Positions 1-8,711 of a stretch of DNA of 54,261 bases are shown here, one piece after another. The position numbers and the translations under genes were made by a program. How positions within the stretch are numbered: the stretch's first letter is position 1; every line of letters begins with the position of its first letter. The notes under the pieces are model-generated. The model ran no database searches. It was not told the origin of the DNA and worked only from the letters and a program-made list of their open reading frames with translations. Source of the stretch: Bosea sp. (in: a-proteobacteria) (lineage in GTDB: Bacteria; Pseudomonadota; Alphaproteobacteria; Rhizobiales; Beijerinckiaceae); the NCBI GenBank assembly GCA_046593015.1, contig JBKJSB010000152.1, positions 1 through 54,261 of the forward strand, given 5' to 3'.

Positions 1-1
1 G

Positions 2-583
2 ATCCGGTTCTTCGGCGAGGATGTCACCGCGTTTCCGCCGCAGGAGCGGATCCGGCGCGGCCTGCGCCGCACCTACCAGATCTCCTCGCTCTTCGCCGGG
101 CTGTCGGTGATCGACAATGTCTACCTCGCCTGCCGAGGCGTCTCGCGGAACCGCTTCTCGCTGATCAGGCCGCGCCGCGACGATGCGCTGGTCCATGCCG
201 CGCAGATGCTGGTGGAGGCTGTGCATCTCTTACCCGTCAAGGACCGGCTGGTCGGCGAACTCGCCTATGGCCAGCAACGCCAGCTCGAGATCGCGCTGGC
301 GCTCTCGGGCGCGCCGCGCTTCATCCTGTTCGACGAGCCGGCGGCGGGCCTGTCGCCGACGGAGCGGCGCGACCTCGTCCACATCCTGACCTCGCTGCCC
401 AGCCATATCGGCTACATCATCATCGAGCACGACATGGATGTGGCGCTGCGCGTCGTCGAAAGCGTGACGATGATGCATAATGGCCGCATCTTCAAGGAAG
501 GCGCGCCCCAGGAGATCGAGACCGACCCCGAGGTCCAGGAACTCTATCTCGGCGGCGGTCACATTGGAGGCGGTCATGGCTGA
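2..583 (+). CDS. Branched-chain amino acid-type ABC transporter ATP-binding subunit (LivG-like), 5' end outside the window
   Basis: Frame open from window start ([26 protein letters not shown]); signature [12 protein letters not shown], Walker [18 protein letters not shown]. Confidence 0.9.
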   Translation: MRFFGEDVTAFPPQERIRRGLRRTYQISSLFAGLSVIDNVYLACRGVSRNRFSLIRPRRDDALVHAAQMLVEAVHLLPVKDRLVGELAYGQQRQLEIALALSGAPRFILFDEPAAGLSPTERRDLVHILTSLPSHIGYIIIEHDMDVALRVVESVTMMHNGRIFKEGAPQEIETDPEVQELYLGGGHIGGGHG

Positions 584-2819
584 ACGCCTCAAGGCTCCGC
601 CGGGCGCCGGCATCCCGATCCTGCAGATCGCGGGCCTCAACGTCTTCTATGGACGGTCGCACGCCGTGCAGGGCGTCGATCTCACGCTGCAGAGCGGCGT
701 GCTGTCTGTCGTCGGCCGCAACGGCATGGGCAAGACGACCATGTGCAAGGCGATCATGGGGCTGGTGCCGATCGCGTCCGGCTCGATCCGCTTCTTCAGC
801 GAGGAGATCGCGGGACGCTCGCCCGCCGAGATCGCCAGGCTCGGCATCGGCTATGTGCCGCAGGGGCGCAGGCTCTGGCGCTCGCTGACCGTCGACGAGC
901 ATCTGCGCCTGATGCAGCGGGGCAAGCGCGGGGCCTGGACGCCCGAGCGCATCTACGAGGTCTTTCCGAGACTCGCCGAGCGGCGCAACAATGGCGGCGC
1001 GCAGCTTTCAGGCGGCGAGCAGCAGATGCTGGCGATCAGCCGCGCGCTGCTGATGAACCCGCGCCTCCTCGTCATGGACGAGCCGACCGAAGGCCTCGCG
1101 CCGGTCATCGTCGCCCATGTCGAGGAGATGCTGGTGCGCCTCGCCGAGCAGGGCGACGTCGCGATCCTCGTCATCGAGCAGAATATCGGCGTCGCGACGG
1201 AAATGTCGGACCCCGTCGCCATCATGGTCAATGGCCGGATCAACCGCATCATCGCCTCGGCGACGCTGGCCGGCGACCGCGAATTGCAGCAGCGCCTGCT
1301 CGGCGTCGGCCGCCACGGCCATGACGAGACGGACGGAGCGGCGGGCGGCGCGGAGACTGCGGCACGCACGCCCTTGCCTGCCGCCGCGCAGGCTGCGGGC
1401 CCGACACGGGTCTACAACGCCAACCCGGTGATTCCGACGCGCTGGTCGCAACCCGTGCCTGCGGCCCGCATCGAGGCGCAGGCGCGCACGATCTCGCGGC
1501 CGACGCTGGCGACGCTGGACGGCCGCTCGGTCGGCGACCGGCGCGGCGCGCCCTCGGTCAGCGCCGAGCCCCATGTGATCGTCGTCGGCACGCTCGACAC
1601 CAAGGGCGACGAATTGCGCTACATCCGCGACCTGATCCGCGCCGAGGGCGTGCGGGCGCGTCTGGTCGATATCTCGACCTCCGGCCGCAGCGCCGGCGGC
1701 GACGTGACGCCCCAGGAGATCGCGCTCGCCCATCCGCGCGGTTCGGCCGGAATCGCGTCGGGCGATCGCGGCACGGCGGTCGCGGCCATGACCGAGGCGT
1801 TCAAGGCCTGGCTGCCGCGCCAGCAAGGCGTCTTCGGCGTGATCTCGGCCGGCGGCTCCGGCGCGACCGCGATGGTGACGCCGGCGATGCAGGCCCTGGC
1901 CGTCGGGCTGCCCAAGCTGATGATCTCGACGATGGCGTCGGGCGATGTGCGCGCCTATGTCGGGGCCGCCGACATCACGATGATGCATTCCGTCACCGAC
2001 GTTCAGGGCCTCAACCGCGTCTCGCGGCTGGTGCTGGGGAACGGCGCGCGCGCCATCGCCTCCATGGCCAGGGCGCGGATCGCCGAGTTCGCAAAGCCAG
2101 CGCCGGCGCGGGGCGGCGAGGTCGAGAAGCCGCTCGTCGGGCTGACCATGTTCGGCGTCACCACCCCTTGCGTCCAGCAGGTCGCAAAACTGCTGGAGGC
2201 CGAATGGGAGCCGCTGGTCTTCCACGCCACCGGCACGGGCGGCCGCGCCATGGAAAAGCTGGTCGAGTCAGGGCTTGTGGGCGCCGTCATCGACGTCTCG
2301 ACCACCGAGATCTGCGACATGATGATGGGCGGCCTGCTGCCGGCCACCGAAGACCGCTTCGGCGCGATCATCCGCACGCGCATCCCCTATGTCGGCTCGG
2401 TCGGCGCGCTCGACATGGTCAATTTCTTCGCGCCCGAGACGGTGCCGGAGCGGTATCGCGGCCGCAAGCTCTATCCGCACAATCCGCAGATCACGCTGAT
2501 GCGCACGACCGCCGAGGAAAATGCCCGGATGGGACGCTGGATCGGCGAGCGGTTGAACGAGATGGAGGGGCCGGTGCGCTTCCTCATCCCCGAGCTTGGC
2601 GTCTCGGCGCTGGACGCTCCCGGCCAGCCCTTCCACGATCCAGCCGCCGATGCGGCGCTGTTCCAGGCGCTGGAACAGACGGTGCGCGCGACGCAGACAA
2701 GGCAGCTCATCCGCCTCCCGCACCATATCAACGACCCGGCGTTCGCGGCAGCCCTCGTGCAGCATTTCCGCGCGCTGCATGCCGGGCGGCGGCGCGAACG
2801 GGCAGGAGGGCGGGCATGA
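576..2819 (+). CDS. LivF-like ABC ATPase fused to a C-terminal Tm-1-like/UPF0261 domain
   Basis: GGAGG at 566-570 before ATG 576; [25 protein letters not shown]; then [58 protein letters not shown] typical of UPF0261. Confidence 0.88.
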   Translation: MAERLKAPPGAGIPILQIAGLNVFYGRSHAVQGVDLTLQSGVLSVVGRNGMGKTTMCKAIMGLVPIASGSIRFFSEEIAGRSPAEIARLGIGYVPQGRRLWRSLTVDEHLRLMQRGKRGAWTPERIYEVFPRLAERRNNGGAQLSGGEQQMLAISRALLMNPRLLVMDEPTEGLAPVIVAHVEEMLVRLAEQGDVAILVIEQNIGVATEMSDPVAIMVNGRINRIIASATLAGDRELQQRLLGVGRHGHDETDGAAGGAETAARTPLPAAAQAAGPTRVYNANPVIPTRWSQPVPAARIEAQARTISRPTLATLDGRSVGDRRGAPSVSAEPHVIVVGTLDTKGDELRYIRDLIRAEGVRARLVDISTSGRSAGGDVTPQEIALAHPRGSAGIASGDRGTAVAAMTEAFKAWLPRQQGVFGVISAGGSGATAMVTPAMQALAVGLPKLMISTMASGDVRAYVGAADITMMHSVTDVQGLNRVSRLVLGNGARAIASMARARIAEFAKPAPARGGEVEKPLVGLTMFGVTTPCVQQVAKLLEAEWEPLVFHATGTGGRAMEKLVESGLVGAVIDVSTTEICDMMMGGLLPATEDRFGAIIRTRIPYVGSVGALDMVNFFAPETVPERYRGRKLYPHNPQITLMRTTAEENARMGRWIGERLNEMEGPVRFLIPELGVSALDAPGQPFHDPAADAALFQALEQTVRATQTRQLIRLPHHINDPAFAAALVQHFRALHAGRRRERAGGRA

Positions 2820-3691
2820 CCGCGTTCGACAAGAAGGCCCTGCTGAAGCGCTTGCGCGCCATGGTCGCGAAGGGCGAGCCGATCGTAGGCGGCGGAGCCG
2901 GAACCGGCCTGTCGGCGAAGTGCGAGGAGCTAGGGGGCATCGACCTCATCGTCATCTACAATTCGGGGCGCTACCGCATGGCCGGACGCGGCTCGCTGTC
3001 GGGGATGATGCCCTATGGCGACGCCAACGCCATCGTCATGGAGATGGCGGCCGAGGTTCTCCCCGTGGTCAAGACCACACCGGTCCTCGCCGGCATCTGC
3101 GGCACCGATCCGTTCCGGCGAATGGACGTCTTTCTCGACGAGGTGAAGCGCATCGGCTTTTCCGGCGTGCAGAATTTCCCGACCGTCGGGCTCATCGACG
3201 GCGTCTTCCGCAAGAATCTCGAAGAGACCGGCATGGGCTACGGCCTCGAGGTCGAGATGATCGCGCTCGCCAACGCCAAGGGCCTGCTGACGACGCCTTA
3301 CGTCTTCTGCGAGGCCGATGCGCGGGCCATGGCCAAGGCAGGCGCCGACATCATCGTCTGCCATCTCGGCCTCACGACGGGCGGCGCGATCGGCGCGGAG
3401 ACGGCGCTCAAGCTCGCCGACTGCCCGGCGCTGGTCGATGCCTGGGCGGCTGCTGCGCTGTCGGTGAAGAAGGACGCGCTGATCCTCGTGCATGGCGGCC
3501 CGGTCGCCGAGCCCGCCGACGCCGACTTCATCATGAAGAACACGAAACACTGCCACGGCTTCTACGGCGCGTCCTCAATGGAGCGCCTGCCGGTGGAGAC
3601 CGCGATCCGCGACCAGACGCGCGCCTTCAAGCGCATCGGGCGCGGCAAAGAGACGACAAAACCGGCGCGTAAAGCCGGCAAAGCGAAGTGA
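2816..3691 (+). CDS. TIM-barrel protein, PEP-hydrolase/TIM-barrel signal transduction family (homologue of the Tm-1 C-terminal domain)
   Basis: ATGA overlap with upstream stop; [60 protein letters not shown]. Confidence 0.9.
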   Translation: MTAFDKKALLKRLRAMVAKGEPIVGGGAGTGLSAKCEELGGIDLIVIYNSGRYRMAGRGSLSGMMPYGDANAIVMEMAAEVLPVVKTTPVLAGICGTDPFRRMDVFLDEVKRIGFSGVQNFPTVGLIDGVFRKNLEETGMGYGLEVEMIALANAKGLLTTPYVFCEADARAMAKAGADIIVCHLGLTTGGAIGAETALKLADCPALVDAWAAAALSVKKDALILVHGGPVAEPADADFIMKNTKHCHGFYGASSMERLPVETAIRDQTRAFKRIGRGKETTKPARKAGKAK

Positions 3692-3719
3692 CCCGGGACA
3701 TGGGTGGGAGGATGATGAC

Positions 3720-6470
3720 ATGACGGGCCAACTGATCGGATCGCTGATCCTATGGCTGATCGTGGCGGTGATCGTCATCGCCATCGTCGTCTATCTGGTG
3801 AACTGGCTCTATCGGCGCTCCTCGAAGGAGGTCTCCTTCGTCCGCACCGGGCTGTTCGGCGAAAAGGTGGTGATCAATGGCGGCGCCTTCGTGCTGCCGA
3901 TCATCCACGACGTCACTCTCGTCAACATGAACGTGCTCCAGCTTGCGGTGACGCGAGCCGGCAACGACGCGCTGATTACCCGCGACCGGATGCGGGTCGA
4001 TATCGACGCGGAGTTCTATGTCCGGGTGAAGCCCGAGCGCGATTCCGTCTCGGTCGCCGCCGCGACGTTGGGCCGGCGCACGCTGCAGCCCGACCAGCTC
4101 CATGCGCTCCTGTCCGGCAAGTTCATCTCGGCGCTGCGCACCGTCGCCTCCGAAATGACGATGGAGGACATGCACGAGCAGCGCGGGGCTTACGTCCAGC
4201 GCGTCAAGGACGCCGCCGCCGAGGCGCTCGACCAGAATGGCCTGCTGCTGGAATCGGTCGCGCTGACCGATCTCGACCAGACCGACCTGCAATATTTCAA
4301 CCCCTCGAACCGCTTCGATGCGGCGGGCCTGACGCGGATCATCGAGGAGATCGAGGACAAGCGGAAGCTGCGCAACGACATCGAGCAGGATTCGATGATC
4401 CGCATCCGCACCCGCAATCTCGAGGCCGAGCGCCAGGCGCTCGACATCGAGCTCGACAGCGAATCGGCGCGGCTCGATCAGCAGCGCGAGATCGAGATCA
4501 AGCGCGCCGTGCAGCGCGCCGAGGTGGCGCGCGAGCGGGCGGCGCGGGATACCGAGGCCGAGCAGGCGCAGATCCTCTCCCGCGAGGAGATCGAGAAGTC
4601 ACGCATCGCCAATGAGCGCTCGATCAGCGAGGCGCGCATCGCGTCCGACCGCGACATCCGCCAGCAGGAGATCGCGCGCACGCAGGCCGTGGAGGAGGCC
4701 GAGATCACCTCCCGCGAGCTGATCGAGAAGTCGCGCATCGCCAATGATCATTCGATCAACATCGCGCGCATCGCCTCGGAGCGCGACATCCGGCAAAAGG
4801 AGATCGAGCGCACGACGGTTCTGGAAGGCGCCGAGATCGCGGCGCGTGAATCCACCGAGACGGCGCGCATCCTGCAGGAGCGCGCGATCAGCTCCGCGCG
4901 CATCGCCAGCGAGCAGGAGGTGCGCAACCGCGAGATCGAACGCACCCGGGTGCTGGAGCAAGAGGACATCGCGGCGCGCGAGGCGGTCGATACCGCCCGC
5001 ATCGCGCAGGACGAGCGCGTGCGCGCACTCGGCATCGCCCGCAACCGCGCCCTCGACGAGGCCGAGATCGCGGCCCGTGAGGCCGTCGAAAAGGCCCGTA
5101 TCGCGCAGGACGACGTGATCACCGCCGACCGCATCGCGCTGGAGCAGCGCAAGAGTCTGCTGGAGATCAAGCGCACCGAAACGGTCGAAGCCGCCGGGAT
5201 CTCGTCCCGCGAGAAGGTCGAAAAGGCGCGTATCAGCCAGGAGCGCATCGTCGCCGGCGAGCGCATCGCAGCCGAACTCTCGACGCGGGGGCTGGAGATC
5301 AGCCGTGAAGCGGATCTCGACGCAGCCGAGCTGAAGCGCCGCGACACGGTCGAGCGGCGGCGCATCGCCACCGAACTCGGGCTCGACGAGGAGCGCATCG
5401 ACGCGGCGAAATCGCGCGAAATGCTGCAGATCGCCCAGAAGAAGGCCGTCGAGGTGGCGGAAGAGGACCGCGCCATCGTGCTCGCCGCCAAAAAGGTCGA
5501 GCGCACCGACGCTGACACCACGCTGCGGCAGGCCGAGATCACGGCCCGCCAGCAGGTCGAGACCACCGACATCGCGCGCGAACAGGCGCTGGAGGCGACC
5601 CGCATCGAGCGTCGCCGCGCGCTTGAACAGCTCGAGATCGCGCGCACCCAGGCTCTGCAGGAGGCGCAGATCGCCTCCAACGAAGAGGTCGAGCGGGCCC
5701 GCATCTCGTCGGATCGCGGGCTCGACGAGGCGCGCGTCGGACGTCAGCGCGAACTGCGCAAGCTGGAGATCGCTCGCGAGCGCGATGTCGAGACAGCCGC
5801 CATGGACAAGGCGATCGCGCTCTACACCAAGTCGCTTGAGGAATCGGCAGCGCAGGCCAGCGCCGAGGTCGCCCGCGCCAAGGCGGTCGAGGCCGAGGAG
5901 CAGGTCAAGACGGTGCGCGAGAGCGAGGGAGCGAGACGCCGCAAGACCGTCGAGGTGCTGCTCGCGCAAAAGTCGGCCGAAGAATCGAACATCGCAGCCG
6001 AGGCCGACAAGATCCGCCGCGCGGTCGACGCCGAGGCGCAGAAGCTGCTCTACGAGGCCGAGAACGTGCTCAGCGACGGCGCGCGCTACGGGCTCTTCCG
6101 CCGCCGGCTGCTCGACAAGATCGAGGGCATCGTGCGCGAGAGCGTCAAGCCGATGGAGAAGATCGACAGCATCCGCATCCTTCATGTCGATGGACTTGCC
6201 GGAGTCGGCGGGAGCGGCGGCGCAGGCGGCGCTGCGCGCTCGCCCACCGACGAGGTCATCGAATCCGCCCTGCGCTACCGCGTGCAGGCGCCGATGATCG
6301 ACCAGGTGCTGAAGGAGATCGGCATCGAGGGCGGCAACCTCGCCAAGATGGGCGGGCTGATGCGCGAGGCCTCCGACCTGCAGCGCGTCGCCAAGGAGGC
6401 GCAGCCAGCCAAGCCCAAGGAACCCGGCGAGGGCAAAACGCCCGAAGCCGGCCCCGGCAAGACATCCTGA
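3720..6470 (+). CDS. Flotillin-family (SPFH/band 7) membrane protein with greatly extended coiled-coil repeat region
   Basis: N-terminal TM helix; SFVRTGLFGEKVV, ALITRDRMRVDIDAEFYVRV, NGLLLESVALTDLDQT, FNPSNRFDAAGLT; C-terminal IVRESVKPMEKIDSIRILHVDG and ALRYRVQAP flotillin motifs. Confidence 0.9.
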   Translation: MTGQLIGSLILWLIVAVIVIAIVVYLVNWLYRRSSKEVSFVRTGLFGEKVVINGGAFVLPIIHDVTLVNMNVLQLAVTRAGNDALITRDRMRVDIDAEFYVRVKPERDSVSVAAATLGRRTLQPDQLHALLSGKFISALRTVASEMTMEDMHEQRGAYVQRVKDAAAEALDQNGLLLESVALTDLDQTDLQYFNPSNRFDAAGLTRIIEEIEDKRKLRNDIEQDSMIRIRTRNLEAERQALDIELDSESARLDQQREIEIKRAVQRAEVARERAARDTEAEQAQILSREEIEKSRIANERSISEARIASDRDIRQQEIARTQAVEEAEITSRELIEKSRIANDHSINIARIASERDIRQKEIERTTVLEGAEIAARESTETARILQERAISSARIASEQEVRNREIERTRVLEQEDIAAREAVDTARIAQDERVRALGIARNRALDEAEIAAREAVEKARIAQDDVITADRIALEQRKSLLEIKRTETVEAAGISSREKVEKARISQERIVAGERIAAELSTRGLEISREADLDAAELKRRDTVERRRIATELGLDEERIDAAKSREMLQIAQKKAVEVAEEDRAIVLAAKKVERTDADTTLRQAEITARQQVETTDIAREQALEATRIERRRALEQLEIARTQALQEAQIASNEEVERARISSDRGLDEARVGRQRELRKLEIARERDVETAAMDKAIALYTKSLEESAAQASAEVARAKAVEAEEQVKTVRESEGARRRKTVEVLLAQKSAEESNIAAEADKIRRAVDAEAQKLLYEAENVLSDGARYGLFRRRLLDKIEGIVRESVKPMEKIDSIRILHVDGLAGVGGSGGAGGAARSPTDEVIESALRYRVQAPMIDQVLKEIGIEGGNLAKMGGLMREASDLQRVAKEAQPAKPKEPGEGKTPEAGPGKTS
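4560..5820 (+). repeat. Intragenic 11-residue (hendecad) repeat with a 44-aa/132-bp super-repeat in the flotillin gene
   Basis: EQAQILSREEI/EKSRIANERSI/SEARIASDRDI/RQQEIARTQAV then EEAEITSRELI/EKSRIANDHSI/NIARIASERDI/RQKEIERTTVL; gagaagtc.cgcatcgccaatga at 4593 and 4725. Confidence 0.85.
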
Positions 6471-6482
6471 GGCGAAGCGACC

Positions 6483-6920
6483 ATGCCCCGCGTCTACGTC
6501 TCCAGCGTCATCGCCGCCCCCGCCGCCAAGGTCTGGGCCCGCGTGCGCGACTTCAATGGCCTGCCGAACTGGCATCCGCGCATCGCCGAAAGCCGGATCG
6601 AGAACGGCGAGCCGGCCGACAAGGTCGGCTGCATCCGCGCCTTCTCGCTCCGCAGCGGCGACAGGCTGCGCGAGCAGCTTCTCGGCCTCTCCGACTACGA
6701 CATGTTCTGCACCTACTCGATCCTGGATTCGCCCATGCCGCTGACGAACTACGTCGCGACGCTGCGGCTGACGCCGATCACCGACCAGGAACGGACCTTC
6801 ATCGAATGGTCGGCCGATTTCGACTGCGCGCCGGAGCGCGAGGCGGAGCTGATCGAGGGCATCGGCACCAATGTCTTCCAGGGTGGCTTCGACGCGCTCA
6901 AGCGCGCATTCGGAGGATGA
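6483..6920 (+). CDS. SRPBCC/polyketide cyclase-like (START superfamily) protein 1
   Basis: VIAAPAAKVWARVRDFNGLPNWHP, VGCIRAF, LREQLL, YSILDSPMPLTNY. Confidence 0.85.
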   Translation: MPRVYVSSVIAAPAAKVWARVRDFNGLPNWHPRIAESRIENGEPADKVGCIRAFSLRSGDRLREQLLGLSDYDMFCTYSILDSPMPLTNYVATLRLTPITDQERTFIEWSADFDCAPEREAELIEGIGTNVFQGGFDALKRAFGG

Positions 6921-6924
6921 GGCC

Positions 6925-7377
6925 ATGCCTCACGTCGTCCGCAGCACGATCATCGACGCGCCGGTCGACCTGCTCTGGTCGGTGCTGCGCGATTTCAACG
7001 GCCATGACCGCTGGCACCCGATCGTGGCGCGCAGCGAAGTCGAGCGCGGACATCCCTCCGACAGGATCGGCTGCGTGCGCCGCTTCTGGCTGCAGGACGG
7101 CAGCGAGCTACGCGAGCAACTCCTCACGCTCTCGGACCTCGAAATGACCTTCAGCTACTGCCTGCTCGATACGCCGATCCCGCTGTTCAACTACGTCGCC
7201 CATGTCCGGCTGCTGCCGGTGACCGATGGCAACCGCGCCTTCTGGCACTGGGAGAGCCGCTTCACCACGCCGCGCGGCCGCGAGGACGAACTTGCCCGCA
7301 TTGTCGGCGACGAGGTCTACACCAACGGCATCGAGGCGGTGCGCCGCCTGCCCGAACTGGCGAGGGAGGCGGTCTGA
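6925..7377 (+). CDS. SRPBCC/polyketide cyclase-like protein 2, paralogue of the preceding gene
   Basis: IIDAPVDLLWSVLRDFNGHDRWHP, IGCVRRF, LREQLL; ATG 6925 after GAGG. Confidence 0.85.
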   Translation: MPHVVRSTIIDAPVDLLWSVLRDFNGHDRWHPIVARSEVERGHPSDRIGCVRRFWLQDGSELREQLLTLSDLEMTFSYCLLDTPIPLFNYVAHVRLLPVTDGNRAFWHWESRFTTPRGREDELARIVGDEVYTNGIEAVRRLPELAREAV

Positions 7378-7378
7378 C

Positions 7379-8200
7379 ATGCTCGATGTGAGAAACTGCG
7401 CGACCCTTGCAGAGGCGGCCGGGATCGTCTCCGGCGACAGGCAGGCCGTGCTCATCGGCGGCGGCACGCTGGTGATGCGCGACGTCAACGAGGGCCGCCT
7501 GACGGAAGGCACGCTGCTGCGCGTCACCGATCCGGCGTTCCGGCGGATCGAGGCCGGCGGAGGACGCATCGAACTCGGCGCCGGCGTGACCATGGGCATG
7601 GTCCTGGCGAACCGCGAACTCGCCTTCCTCCATGCGGCCGCGCGCGCCATCGGCGGCCCCGCGGTGCGGAATATGGCCAGCGTCGGCGGCAACCTGTTCG
7701 CGGCCTCGCCTTATGGCGACTTCACCGTCGCGCTGCTCGCGCTCGATGCGCAGGTGGTGGTGCAGGCCGGCTTCGGCTCCGGGCGGGCCATGCCGCTGGA
7801 GGAGTTCCTTGCCGCGCGCGAGCGTTCGGGTGCGGCGCTGGTGACGGCGGTTCAGTTCTCAAGGCCGCCGAACCCCAGCGAGTTCCATTTCCGCAAGATC
7901 AGCCGCGTCAGGCCCAAGGGCATCTCGGTACTCTCTATCGCGGCGCATCTGCCGCAGTCCGGGGGCCGCTTGGCGCAGGTTCGAGTCGCCTATGGCGCGA
8001 TGGCTCCGACGCCGATCCGCGCGCGCGGCGTCGAGCGCGCGCTCGAAGGCAAGAGCCTCGACGCCGGCGCGATCCAGGCGGCGAAGCAGGCCGCGCTCGA
8101 AGGCTGCCGCCCGGCCACGGATGCGATCGCAAGCGAGTGGTATCGCCGCGAGGTGCTGCCCGTCCATCTTGGACGGCTGCTTGCCGGCGACGGTCGCTGA
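7379..8200 (+). CDS. Molybdenum hydroxylase FAD-binding (medium, CoxM/XdhA-like) subunit
   Basis: IGGGTLVM, IGGPAVRNMASVGGNL, YGAMAPTPIRA, ASEWYRRE. Confidence 0.9.
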   Translation: MLDVRNCATLAEAAGIVSGDRQAVLIGGGTLVMRDVNEGRLTEGTLLRVTDPAFRRIEAGGGRIELGAGVTMGMVLANRELAFLHAAARAIGGPAVRNMASVGGNLFAASPYGDFTVALLALDAQVVVQAGFGSGRAMPLEEFLAARERSGAALVTAVQFSRPPNPSEFHFRKISRVRPKGISVLSIAAHLPQSGGRLAQVRVAYGAMAPTPIRARGVERALEGKSLDAGAIQAAKQAALEGCRPATDAIASEWYRREVLPVHLGRLLAGDGR

Positions 8201-8210
8201 GGAGGGCACA

Positions 8211-8711
8211 ATGGCAAAGATTCCCGTCCAGTTCCGCCTCAACGGCTCGGACCGCGCCGCTTTCGTCGATGCGCCCGAGACGCTGCTCGACACGCTGCGG
8301 CGCGGTCTCGGCGATTTTGCGCCGAAATATGGCTGCGGCCAGGGCGCATGCGGCGTCTGCACCGTGTTGATCGACGGCGAGCCGCACCTCTCATGCCTCA
8401 CGCTGTCCGTCGCCTGCGAGGGCAAGCGCATCGAGACGGCATCCGGCATGGCGGACGGTCCGGACCTGCATCCCTTGCAGGCGCAGTTCATGGAGCATTT
8501 CGCGGCGCAGTGCGGCTTCTGCACGCCGGGCATGCTGGCGGTCGCGCGCGGCTTGCTGGAGAAGAACCCCAACCCAAGCCGCGACGAGGTGATCGAGGCG
8601 ATCAGCGGCAATATCTGCCGCTGCACCGGCTACGAGCCGATCGTCGCGGCGATCCTGGCGGCGGCCGGTTCGCCAGGCCTGCGCCGCACCGAGGGAGGCC
8701 GTCATGCTTGA
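8211..8711 (+). CDS. Molybdenum hydroxylase 2x[2Fe-2S] (small, CoxS-like) subunit
   Basis: GCGQGACGVC..C and QCGFCTPG..GNICRCTGY motifs; GGAGG RBS. Confidence 0.93.
   Translation: MAKIPVQFRLNGSDRAAFVDAPETLLDTLRRGLGDFAPKYGCGQGACGVCTVLIDGEPHLSCLTLSVACEGKRIETASGMADGPDLHPLQAQFMEHFAAQCGFCTPGMLAVARGLLEKNPNPSRDEVIEAISGNICRCTGYEPIVAAILAAAGSPGLRRTEGGRHA

Noticed and set aside
551-580. 15-bp imperfect duplication encoding [10 protein letters not shown]
   Set aside because: Small local duplication around the next gene's RBS; no evidence of a separate function
4560-5820. Repeats as a CRISPR array or non-coding tandem repeat
   Set aside because: They are degenerate, in-frame and protein-coding, with no spacers or cas genes
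4599-6926. Long antisense and alternate-frame ORFs here and elsewhere (e.g. 37036-39075, 43276-44802)
   Set aside because: Shadow ORFs expected in high-GC DNA opposite well-supported genes; no recognisable motifs
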